Shown here: piece after piece, positions 57,015-64,000 of the stretch
How positions within the stretch are numbered: position 1 is the first letter of the stretch
Layout of the letters: every line of letters starts with the position of its first letter
Assembly (NCBI GenBank): GCA_902629535.1
Contig: CACORD010000001.1
Location: forward strand, 37,928 to 101,927
Source: an uncultured Pelagibacteraceae bacterium
GTDB lineage: Bacteria > Pseudomonadota > Alphaproteobacteria > Pelagibacterales > Pelagibacteraceae
DNA: 64,000 bases
Direction of reading: 5' to 3'
Notes under the pieces: model-generated
What the model was told of the DNA's origin: nothing
The model's input: only the letters and a program-made list of their open reading frames with translations
The model's database searches: none
Program-made: the position numbers and the translations under genes

Positions 57015-57125
57015 TATTAATTATAGCAATTGCTGATCGAAATTAAATCTATTATAATGATTTAGTCCTGATTTAGAAAAGTACTCTACTTGCTTGGACT
57101 TTAAACACAACGCTAAAGGAGAAAA

Positions 57126-57293
57126 ATGAAACTAATAATACAATCAATCAAAAACTATTTTAAATCAAAAAAAGATAAAGGTTTAGAACCTGTATTCTTT
57201 GAAAAAATAGGTGATAAAAATACTTCTAGAGATGAAATGCGAGAAAATTTAATTAAAGCATTAAAAAAGAATGGCTGGACTATAAAAAAATAA
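57126..57293 (+). CDS. Small basic hypothetical protein (55 aa; below the ORF-track cutoff)
   Basis: AAAGGAG Shine-Dalgarno upstream; MKLIIQSIKNYFKSKKDKGLEPVFFEKIGDKNTSRDEMRENLIKALKKNGWTIKK*. Confidence 0.6.
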   Translation: MKLIIQSIKNYFKSKKDKGLEPVFFEKIGDKNTSRDEMRENLIKALKKNGWTIKK

Positions 57294-57312
57294 TATAGAT
57301 ACAGCAAAGAAC

Positions 57313-57333
57313 GTAAGTGAATTGTAAGTGAAT
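57313..57333 (+). repeat. Two GTAAGTGAAT direct repeats with an 11-bp period (putative arm-type sites, other end of cassette 2)
   Basis: GTAAGTGAAT at 57313 and 57324. Confidence 0.75.
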
Positions 57334-57408
57334 AATTTATCTTTGTTTGACGAGGAGTCTAGATGTTAATAATATCAAGGTTAATGAAAGGATATTTTAA
57401 GAAGCTTT

Positions 57409-57458
57409 TTGATTTGTAATCAATAGGTCCGCGGTTCGAATCCGTGCGGGGGCACCAT
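57409..57458 (+). repeat. tRNA-Thr 3'-half copy (att-like direct repeat 2)
   Basis: Identical to 51018-51067. Confidence 0.95.
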
Positions 57459-57461
57459 TAT

Positions 57462-57941
57462 CTAATTAACAATCCATTCTTCATATAATCTGGAAGTTTC
57501 ACCATAACAAGTAGATACCCGAACTAAAGTACCACCTGCAATTACATCTATATTGCTAACTAAGATACCTCCACTATTATACTGAATAATACAAACCCCA
57601 TTTTGATGTGGATCCTGACCTGCAACAACATTTTCTTTATAAGAAACAAATGGGTTAAGAAATTTTCCCTCAAAAGAAGTTTGTGTTGCAGACCCTATTC
57701 TATTAGCTAAAAGACGTTCAGAGCAATCAAGATTCCCATTCATAGCTGTTGTCTCTCCCATATCACATTTTAAAATTTCTGCTTTTATAAATTTTATAGT
57801 TTGAATATGCATTTGCTTTACAGTATTTTTTTTTGCTGACAACGTATACCCATTATAAGCAACCACTCCCACTGCGGATAAAATACCTATAATTGATACA
57901 ACAACTAGGAGTTCTATTAACGTAAAACCATCACGACTCAT
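57462..57941 (-). CDS. Type IV pilin/pseudopilin with an N-terminal methylation motif
   Basis: G|FTLIELLVVVSIIGILSAVG class III signal; several Cys residues. Confidence 0.88.
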   Translation of the reverse strand: MSRDGFTLIELLVVVSIIGILSAVGVVAYNGYTLSAKKNTVKQMHIQTIKFIKAEILKCDMGETTAMNGNLDCSERLLANRIGSATQTSFEGKFLNPFVSYKENVVAGQDPHQNGVCIIQYNSGGILVSNIDVIAGGTLVRVSTCYGETSRLYEEWIVN

Positions 57942-57943
57942 AT

Positions 57944-60091
57944 CTAAAATTTATTACTTACAGATATCTTGGTATTATGATTTTTTTCGTCACTTAGAAA
58001 ATCAAAATTTGAATTGATTTTCAAATTATAGTTATTAATTTTGTTAACAAAACCTAAACTGGTTGAATTTGAATTATCGATATCAAATGTAAATTTCATA
58101 TCATCAATAGGAACATATCCTATCATTAGGTAAAGCTCATTATAAAAACCTTTTCCACTAGCTCCAAATCTCTCAAAACTAGTTACAACAGACCATCCTG
58201 TTATTGATGTAATATCGAAACCATAACCCACTCTGTAATTATGCTTTGACTTTTTATTTGATTTATAATCATAGACTCTACTTTGGTTATTCAAATAATA
58301 AAATTCTGAATTTGATGATGGGCTAAAATCTCCTACATATTCAATTCTTCCATGATGATTAGTTGTTTTTTCATCTTGTTGGTTTTCTGTATCAAAAAGT
58401 AAACCAATTGTAGTTAAAGCTGTTTTGATATTTTGATCTTTGTAAATCAATGCATCAGCTAAACTATCACCCAGTGTAGTTTTTTCTCTAAATTCTCTTA
58501 ATTTTGTGTAACCTAAATCTACTTTAATACCTGGACTTATATTTAGTTTTTCATCATGCAATCTTTTACCAAAATTAATTGAGCCAAATATTTGTTGTCC
58601 TTCTCTATCCCCCTTAAGAGTGTTACCATGAGTTATTCTCGTATGGTCAGTATCTAATAAACTCAACCCTATAATCGCATCTGTAAAAAAATTATCTTCT
58701 CCAATTTTTGTGCCGTAAAATGCTAAACTATAAGAGTCTGTATCTAATTTTGTGCCTTGCCTACCAATATCAATATTATCATTTGAGTATTGGAGAACAT
58801 AACCATACATTGTATCCCTATCTTCATCCTTAATTCTATCGGCGCCAATTGAAATACCATAAGTATGAGTATCTCTAAATGTGGTATCTATCGCATGTCT
58901 TTTACCTACGCTTACTCTACCCTCACTCCATTGAAACCAATCATCACTACTATAAGTTCTATTTTTTTCTTTTTTAAGAGTTTTTAAAGCACTAACTAAT
59001 CTTGCAATTTTTTCATTTGTAAAATTTATCTCTGTATTAAAGTTTGAAAGATTATCTTTATTTTTATGTCTTCTAAGCCATTCAGTTCTGTGAAATATTG
59101 GGAGTGTATTGTTTCTAATTATACGTTTGGCAGACTCTACATTTGCATCAATAATAGCTTTTATATCAGCATTAGTTGATGCGTCTGGGCAAGCTATAGT
59201 TCCAACACAACTAATATCATATTCATAAATTACATTATCATCAGAACTGCTTCCGTCATCTCCTGTAACATATAGTTTTGTAAAATTTGATGAAAAAATA
59301 AATCCTCTCATTTCTCCAGTTTGAGCAGATATCGAGTAAGATGTTTCTAGACTTATGGAGGTGATATTGTAAGGTGTTGTTAAAGAGTACTTATTTATAT
59401 CATCACCCGTATTACCACCTACATATAAAAAATTTCCATCTGAACTAAGTTGTATATTTCTCATTTTAGTTTCATCACCTGATATACTGGGTGAACAAAA
59501 TTGATTGGTCATACTTGTTATATCCCACGGTGTAGTTAAATCATATTGAGCTATTATGTCGTTACCTTCATTTCCAATAAATACTCTAGTACCATCAGGT
59601 TTAAAGTCTAAACCTCTTGATTGAATGCTTGTAGTACATCCAGTCTGTAAGTCAGTTCTACCAGTCCAAGTAATTGTAGAAGAGTCCCATGGGGTACTTA
59701 AACTGAATTGTTCTAGGGCAACTGTATTACCAGCTGTACCATCACTTCGTATTACATACATTCTTGTTCCATCTGGTTTAAATTCAATAGCATGGGGATT
59801 ATCCATAACTTCTGAACTGCCACCTTCTTGAATTGTAAGTAGCGTCTCAGAGGACTTTACTGCGGTATTAATATCAAAAGGCGTTGTTAAGGAATATTCA
59901 ATAACTGACTGATCATCATCATCTTCATCATTAGTCACATATAATCTCGTACCATCCGGTTTTATAAAAATTCCTCTTAAATCATCAGTATCATCAGAAA
60001 TATCTTTTGATTGTTTAAATTGTAAATCAGAAAATGATTTTGAAGTAAAAAAAATTAAGAAAAATAAAACAAATAAAAAAACTTTTTTCAT
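57944..60091 (-). CDS. Autotransporter-like outer-membrane protein with a beta-propeller repeat passenger
   Basis: Signal peptide; five F(K/S)PDG.R.YV...Y.L.TP(W/F/Y)DI-type repeats; C-terminal amphipathic beta strands ending in F. Confidence 0.7.
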   Translation of the reverse strand: MKKVFLFVLFFLIFFTSKSFSDLQFKQSKDISDDTDDLRGIFIKPDGTRLYVTNDEDDDDQSVIEYSLTTPFDINTAVKSSETLLTIQEGGSSEVMDNPHAIEFKPDGTRMYVIRSDGTAGNTVALEQFSLSTPWDSSTITWTGRTDLQTGCTTSIQSRGLDFKPDGTRVFIGNEGNDIIAQYDLTTPWDITSMTNQFCSPSISGDETKMRNIQLSSDGNFLYVGGNTGDDINKYSLTTPYNITSISLETSYSISAQTGEMRGFIFSSNFTKLYVTGDDGSSSDDNVIYEYDISCVGTIACPDASTNADIKAIIDANVESAKRIIRNNTLPIFHRTEWLRRHKNKDNLSNFNTEINFTNEKIARLVSALKTLKKEKNRTYSSDDWFQWSEGRVSVGKRHAIDTTFRDTHTYGISIGADRIKDEDRDTMYGYVLQYSNDNIDIGRQGTKLDTDSYSLAFYGTKIGEDNFFTDAIIGLSLLDTDHTRITHGNTLKGDREGQQIFGSINFGKRLHDEKLNISPGIKVDLGYTKLREFREKTTLGDSLADALIYKDQNIKTALTTIGLLFDTENQQDEKTTNHHGRIEYVGDFSPSSNSEFYYLNNQSRVYDYKSNKKSKHNYRVGYGFDITSITGWSVVTSFERFGASGKGFYNELYLMIGYVPIDDMKFTFDIDNSNSTSLGFVNKINNYNLKINSNFDFLSDEKNHNTKISVSNKF

Positions 60092-60117
60092 ATTTAATTT
60101 TTAAAATTAAACTCAAA

Positions 60118-60888
60118 TCAAGATGTTTCTCTTCTTAATTGCTCTATCTTAATTTTTTTTTGCAAACTTCTATTTTTGTCATACAAAAGGTTAAATTTAA
60201 TATTCTTATTTGTTTTAATAATTATTTTTTTGGCATTTCTTACCTCAATATTATCAGCAACTGCACTAATAGGTCTTTTTTTAGGATTTAAATTTTTAAT
60301 CGTTATTTTTGATCTATCATTTACTATCTTTCCTTTCCATCTTCGTGGTCTAAAGGCACTTATGGGTGAGATTGACAACTTTTTTGAATTAAGACCTAAA
60401 ATAGGTCCATGCACAGATAAATTATAAGCTGTACTTCCAGCGGGTGTAGAAACCAAAACACCATCAGAAACTAAATTTTTAATTAGTTTTTTTGATCCAT
60501 AATCAATTGATAAAGAAGCTGCTTGACGGCTTTGTCTTAAAATCGACACCTCATTAATTGCTATGTGTTTTTTGCTTTGATTATTCTTGTTGCTAACTGT
60601 CATTTCTAATGGTGAAATTGAAATCAACTTAGCTTTTAATAAATTTTTGATTAAATTGTTTGATGAATATTTGTTCATTAAAAAACCATAATTTCCAGAA
60701 TTTATTCCATAAAAATATTTTTTTGAATTTTTATTCTTTTTTAAAGTTTGAAGCATAAAACCATCTCCACCTATAACTACAACGATATTAGTTTTTTTTA
60801 TTTCAATCTTGTTTAGAATATTTGATAGAGATTTTTTTATTCTTAAAGATTTAGAATTTGTATCAGAAATAATATGTATTTTTTTCAT
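60118..60888 (-). CDS. nadK: NAD kinase
   Basis: GGDGFML, INE and DGVLVSTPAGSTAYNLS motifs. Confidence 0.95.
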   Translation of the reverse strand: MKKIHIISDTNSKSLRIKKSLSNILNKIEIKKTNIVVVIGGDGFMLQTLKKNKNSKKYFYGINSGNYGFLMNKYSSNNLIKNLLKAKLISISPLEMTVSNKNNQSKKHIAINEVSILRQSRQAASLSIDYGSKKLIKNLVSDGVLVSTPAGSTAYNLSVHGPILGLNSKKLSISPISAFRPRRWKGKIVNDRSKITIKNLNPKKRPISAVADNIEVRNAKKIIIKTNKNIKFNLLYDKNRSLQKKIKIEQLRRETS

Positions 60889-60892
60889 TTAG

Positions 60893-60978
60893 TGGTGCCC
60901 TCGGCCAGACTCGAACTGGCACTCCGCAAGCGGCAAGGATTTTAAGTCCTTTGTGTCTACCAATTTCACCACGAGGGC
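60893..60978 (-). tRNA. trnL: tRNA-Leu(TAA)
   Basis: GCCCTCG...AAGGA-CTTAAAA-TCCTT, long variable arm, GTTCGAGT, ACCA. Confidence 0.97.
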
Positions 60979-61061
60979 ATGAGTTATTTTCATGAGTATT
61001 TATGCTAATATTTATAATTGAACAAGATGAATAAGTAAAATTTTTTTATTTTATCCCTCTA

Positions 61062-61079
61062 GATCCGAGAATGATCCGA
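61062..61079 (+). repeat. Two GATCCGA direct repeats with an 11-bp period (possible arm-type sites)
   Basis: GATCCGA at 61062 and 61073 within otherwise extremely AT-rich DNA. Confidence 0.45.
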
Positions 61080-61368
61080 TTGTTATCTTGTTTTAATTCA
61101 ATATTTTTTGAGATTTTTTTAAAATATCAAGATACTTCTTTAAATATATATTATTTAATTTAAATTTATTTTTAGATTTATACTTTTCAAAGGTTTTTTT
61201 AAGATATTTTTTTATCATAAATTCTAAATTGAAGATAATTGGGAAAGTTTTCTTTATCATAAATTATCTCAGTTTTATAATTACCTTTATTACTAAGAAT
61301 TAATTCTGCAATAAAATTGTATAATTGTTTATCTGAAGGTTTTTTATTAAAAAATTTTTCAATTATTG

Positions 61369-61791
61369 TCATAAATTGTTTCTACATTGATATGTATACC
61401 AGAGTCTTAAATCTTTTTCGGTTATTTTGTCTTTAAAATTATACACTCTTGTTGCCCATTGTTTTGTATCTGTTTTATAAAAATAAACATTTACATTTTT
61501 TTTATTTGTTACTGGATTTTTTGTTACAAGTTGCCAACCCACCTGCTTTTTAGTTTTATCAAATTTTATATTGTAAATATCACTCATAATAAGTTCATTA
61601 TTAGGGTTCGGCACCCTCACGCTTTTATTTATATGATCTATATAAAAAACCACCTTAACACCCTCTAACATATTAAAAATACGATCATCTGAAGCTTTAA
61701 TTAATTTATAACAAACTATACTTTGCTCTTTAGCAAAAGCATTCCCGTTTAACAAAAAACCCAGAACCACAATCCCCAAAAATTTTTTCAT
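61369..61791 (-). CDS. Exported hypothetical protein
   Basis: Signal peptide MKKFLGIVVLGFLLNGNAFA; a pair of Cys near the termini of the mature protein. Confidence 0.7.
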   Translation of the reverse strand: MKKFLGIVVLGFLLNGNAFAKEQSIVCYKLIKASDDRIFNMLEGVKVVFYIDHINKSVRVPNPNNELIMSDIYNIKFDKTKKQVGWQLVTKNPVTNKKNVNVYFYKTDTKQWATRVYNFKDKITEKDLRLWYTYQCRNNL

Positions 61792-61826
61792 AAATTTATA
61801 CTAACATTATATTCATTTCGCATAAG

Positions 61827-63179
61827 TTATTTTTTATCCTCGATTTGAATTACACAATCTGGTCCAACCTTAAGAGTAAATGATTTAATCATATCCCTAA
61901 AATCTTCCTCCATATCAAGCATAGCTCTTTCTTTATTGGCCATATTATTTTCAAAAAACTTTTTCTCTTTACCCATAAGATCATTCATCTTGATCATAGA
62001 TTGATATAAATTTCTAACAGGCAATTGAAAAGATGGTCCCATTATATGATCCCAAAGTCTTTTCATCATTTTAGGAGCATCAAAATCTTTCTTAGATTTA
62101 TGCTCATTTATTAAGTTAACCCTTATAAAACTAACCAAAGTATGAATTATTTGATAGTTCATTGGAATGATCAAAATTCTTTTTCCATGTCTTTCAACAT
62201 AACCATCCAGATCTTTATTATAATCTTTAGGCATAGCTGTAGTTATTAATACTCCATAATTGATATTCTTATCTTTCATGTCGTTTAATAATTTACTTAC
62301 CCACTCTTCTTTAAAAGATTTATGATCTTTGCTCTCAAAGTAGATTTGAGCAAGTTTTTCATTATTTTTGTTATTAATAGTGAGTATACAATCAGCACCT
62401 TTAGCACCCTTTTTAACTTCTTCAACAGTGTCATGAGGAAACTTATCTCTTAGATAGTCTTCTATTAACTCCTCTTGAACTTCACCTTGAACTTCAACTG
62501 ACTTTTGCTTTAATTGTCTAGTTAACTCCTCAATTTTAGTTTTTGCTCTTTTTTTAAATATTTCGTCTTCTTTTCTTTCTTTAGCCCTTAAATCTTCTGA
62601 CTTTTTAAGTTCAGTTTCATTTTTTTCTTTATATTTTAATTCAAGAAGCTTTTCTTTTTTCTTAAGATCCTCTTGGTATTTCGTTTCAATTTTTTTCTTA
62701 TTCTTTTCAGCTTCAATTACTTTATCTTTAAGCTCCTTTAACTCTTTCTTTTTGTCATTTTCCAAAGCTAAAGTTTTTTTCTTTAATTGATTTTCAATTT
62801 CTTTTTCTTTTAGTTTTAAATTAGCAACCATTTTTGCCTCATTCTCCTTTGAACTCTTTTCTAAAGCTTGTTCCTTTTGCTTTAATTTAGAAGACATTTT
62901 TTTTTCTATAATTTTTTTCTCTTCTTCTACTTCCTCTATTTGAGATCTAAGTTCTTGAAATTTAGATTTATTTTGTTCTTGAATTTTAAAGGAAAGTTCT
63001 TTTTCTAAATTTTTTTCTTTTAGTTTAAAGTCTAGATTATATTTTTCTTTTAATAATTTTTCCTTAACTTTAATTTCTTCTTGATATTTTTTCTCTTTTT
63101 CTTTCAAATGTTTTTGTAATGCCTGATCTGCAGAAAAAGTTTCATTACAGTTTGGGCAAGTTATTGTTAATTGGTTCAT
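61827..63179 (-). CDS. DUF2130-like protein (Zn knuckle, long coiled coil, C-terminal restriction-endonuclease-like domain)
   Basis: CPNC at the N-terminus; K/E-rich coil; QGEVQE...GADC...YFESK...W..KL..D. Confidence 0.75.
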   Translation of the reverse strand: MNQLTITCPNCNETFSADQALQKHLKEKEKKYQEEIKVKEKLLKEKYNLDFKLKEKNLEKELSFKIQEQNKSKFQELRSQIEEVEEEKKIIEKKMSSKLKQKEQALEKSSKENEAKMVANLKLKEKEIENQLKKKTLALENDKKKELKELKDKVIEAEKNKKKIETKYQEDLKKKEKLLELKYKEKNETELKKSEDLRAKERKEDEIFKKRAKTKIEELTRQLKQKSVEVQGEVQEELIEDYLRDKFPHDTVEEVKKGAKGADCILTINNKNNEKLAQIYFESKDHKSFKEEWVSKLLNDMKDKNINYGVLITTAMPKDYNKDLDGYVERHGKRILIIPMNYQIIHTLVSFIRVNLINEHKSKKDFDAPKMMKRLWDHIMGPSFQLPVRNLYQSMIKMNDLMGKEKKFFENNMANKERAMLDMEEDFRDMIKSFTLKVGPDCVIQIEDKK

Positions 63180-63197
63180 GTTATCTCCTTTAATTGT

Positions 63198-63398
63198 TTA
63201 ATTAAGAGTCAAATCCTTTTCAGAATTCCATTCATTAGTTTTATGCTGTATTTCCTCCATTTTACTTTTGGCCAAATATTCAATCACTTTACTAAATGTA
63301 AGTTCAGCCTGAATGATATTGCCTTTTCTTAACCACTCTAAAGTTTCATATGTTTCTTTAGGTACACTTACTGATTTATATTTATTTGGGTCTGCCAT
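63198..63398 (-). CDS. Small ribbon-helix-helix-like DNA-binding protein
   Basis: KSVSVPKETYETL...SKVIEYL beta-alpha-alpha pattern; strong SD AAAGGAG. Confidence 0.55.
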   Translation of the reverse strand: MADPNKYKSVSVPKETYETLEWLRKGNIIQAELTFSKVIEYLAKSKMEEIQHKTNEWNSEKDLTLN

Positions 63399-63421
63399 TT
63401 TATCTCCTTTGTTTAATCAAA

Positions 63422-63445
63422 ATCCCCTGTTGCTTTACAGGGGAT
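63422..63445 (-). terminator. Putative intrinsic terminator or attenuator hairpin
   Basis: Perfect 9-bp stem ATCCCCTGT/ACAGGGGAT with a 6-nt loop, followed by TTTGATT on the minus strand just after the 63458 stop. Confidence 0.6.
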
Positions 63446-63457
63446 GTTGTTGATGAT

Positions 63458-63694
63458 TTATTCACTTTTGTTCCTTAAGCTTAAAAATATTCCTCCAATT
63501 ATACCTGCTGCAATTGGGGTGAACTGTGACATAGGTCCTAAGAATGCAGTTAAATTTGTCCCCATCCTAGATGCAGCATAATCTACAACTGCAAATCCTA
63601 TGAAGAGTACTCCTAAATAATCAAATACTCCGCTTGGTAAATCAATCATCATTTCATCGTTACTTTTTTTTTGCTCTACTTTTATTTTCTTCAT
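63458..63694 (-). CDS. Small two-TM membrane protein
   Basis: Two hydrophobic segments; SD GAGGAG. Confidence 0.6.
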   Translation of the reverse strand: MKKIKVEQKKSNDEMMIDLPSGVFDYLGVLFIGFAVVDYAASRMGTNLTAFLGPMSQFTPIAAGIIGGIFLSLRNKSE

Positions 63695-63851
63695 TTTCTC
63701 CTCTTCGTTAGTGTTTACGATTAAGAGGAATTCACAAATTGTAGAAAGTAAGGCTATGAAAACCTAGAAAGATCAATTTGCTCATTTCCTCTTAATCTTT
63801 TATGAGTTCAATAAAATCAAACTCATTCTACTTATAATCATTTAAAAATTG

Positions 63852-63891
63852 TTTACCCGTAGGTTAACTTTAGACTTTGCCTACGGATAAA
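63852..63891. promoter_or_regulatory. 12-bp inverted repeat (1 mismatch, 16-bp spacer) between divergent genes; possible operator
   Basis: TTTACCCGTAGG ... CCTACGGATAAA. Confidence 0.45.
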
Positions 63892-63910
63892 TTTCTAATA
63901 ATCTTGATTT

Positions 63911-64000
63911 ATGAATAAGAAAAAAGGTTATCCAAGAAAGCCCTATTCATTCGAAAGAGTTTTAAAAGATTTAGCTGACGACATTGGTTATGAGAATATT
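63911..64000 (+). CDS. Partial ORF running off the window, function unknown
   Basis: MNKKKGYPRKPYSFERVLKDLADDIGYENI is open to the window end. Confidence 0.45.
   Translation, partial: MNKKKGYPRKPYSFERVLKDLADDIGYENI

Larger units (their letters stand above)
52175..57458. mobile_element. Integrase-less integrative cassette 2 (5,236-bp unit) with putative defence cargo
   Basis: Bounded by tRNA-Thr fragments at 52175 and 57409; TAAGTGAAT pairs at both inner ends. Confidence 0.8.

Noticed and set aside
51018-57458. Three identical ~50-bp repeats read as a CRISPR array
   Set aside because: The intervals are 1.1 and 5.2 kb and contain genes, the repeat is a tRNA half, and there are no cas genes.
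61211-61265. TTTATCATAAATT repeated at 61211 and 61253
   Set aside because: Low complexity in extremely AT-rich DNA, so it could arise by chance; no ORF or other support.

Overview
This is a very AT-rich, densely packed alphaproteobacterial chromosome segment. Gene order and protein sequences point to Candidatus Pelagibacter (SAR11); that assignment is an inference. Bases 1-51,066 are core genome: the end of soxA, soxG, an amino-acid ABC pair, MATE, trhO, gatCAB, ruvX-pyrB-pyrC-plsY-topA, ugd/galU, panC, mgtE, lipB, the fused ribosomal super-operon (tuf, secE-nusG-rplKAJL-rpoBC-rpsLG-fusA-S10-spc-alpha) and tRNAs Trp, Gly, Tyr and Thr. From 51,067 the window is accessory apart from nadK and tRNA-Leu. 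The most striking structure is a tandem cassette array at tRNA-Thr(TGT). The 3' half of the tRNA, starting at the anticodon stem-loop, recurs twice (52,175 and 57,409) and delimits two integrase-less units of 1,155 and 5,236 bp. Each unit carries its own family of 11-bp-phased direct repeats at both ends (GTGTCGT in unit 1, TAAGTGAAT in unit 2), resembling tyrosine-integrase arm sites, and cargo fills the space between the arms. Unit 1 carries a lipoprotein serine protease. Unit 2 carries a candidate anti-phage locus: TerB-like, Mrr-like nuclease, Zn-finger membrane protein and an SF1 helicase-PLD-Zn-ribbon fusion. These are followed by a pilin plus beta-propeller autotransporter, nadK, tRNA-Leu(TAA), and the start of a second phage-like island (DUF2130-like protein, RHH-like regulator) on the 5' side of tRNA-Leu. 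All calls come from reading motifs by eye; no database searches were run.
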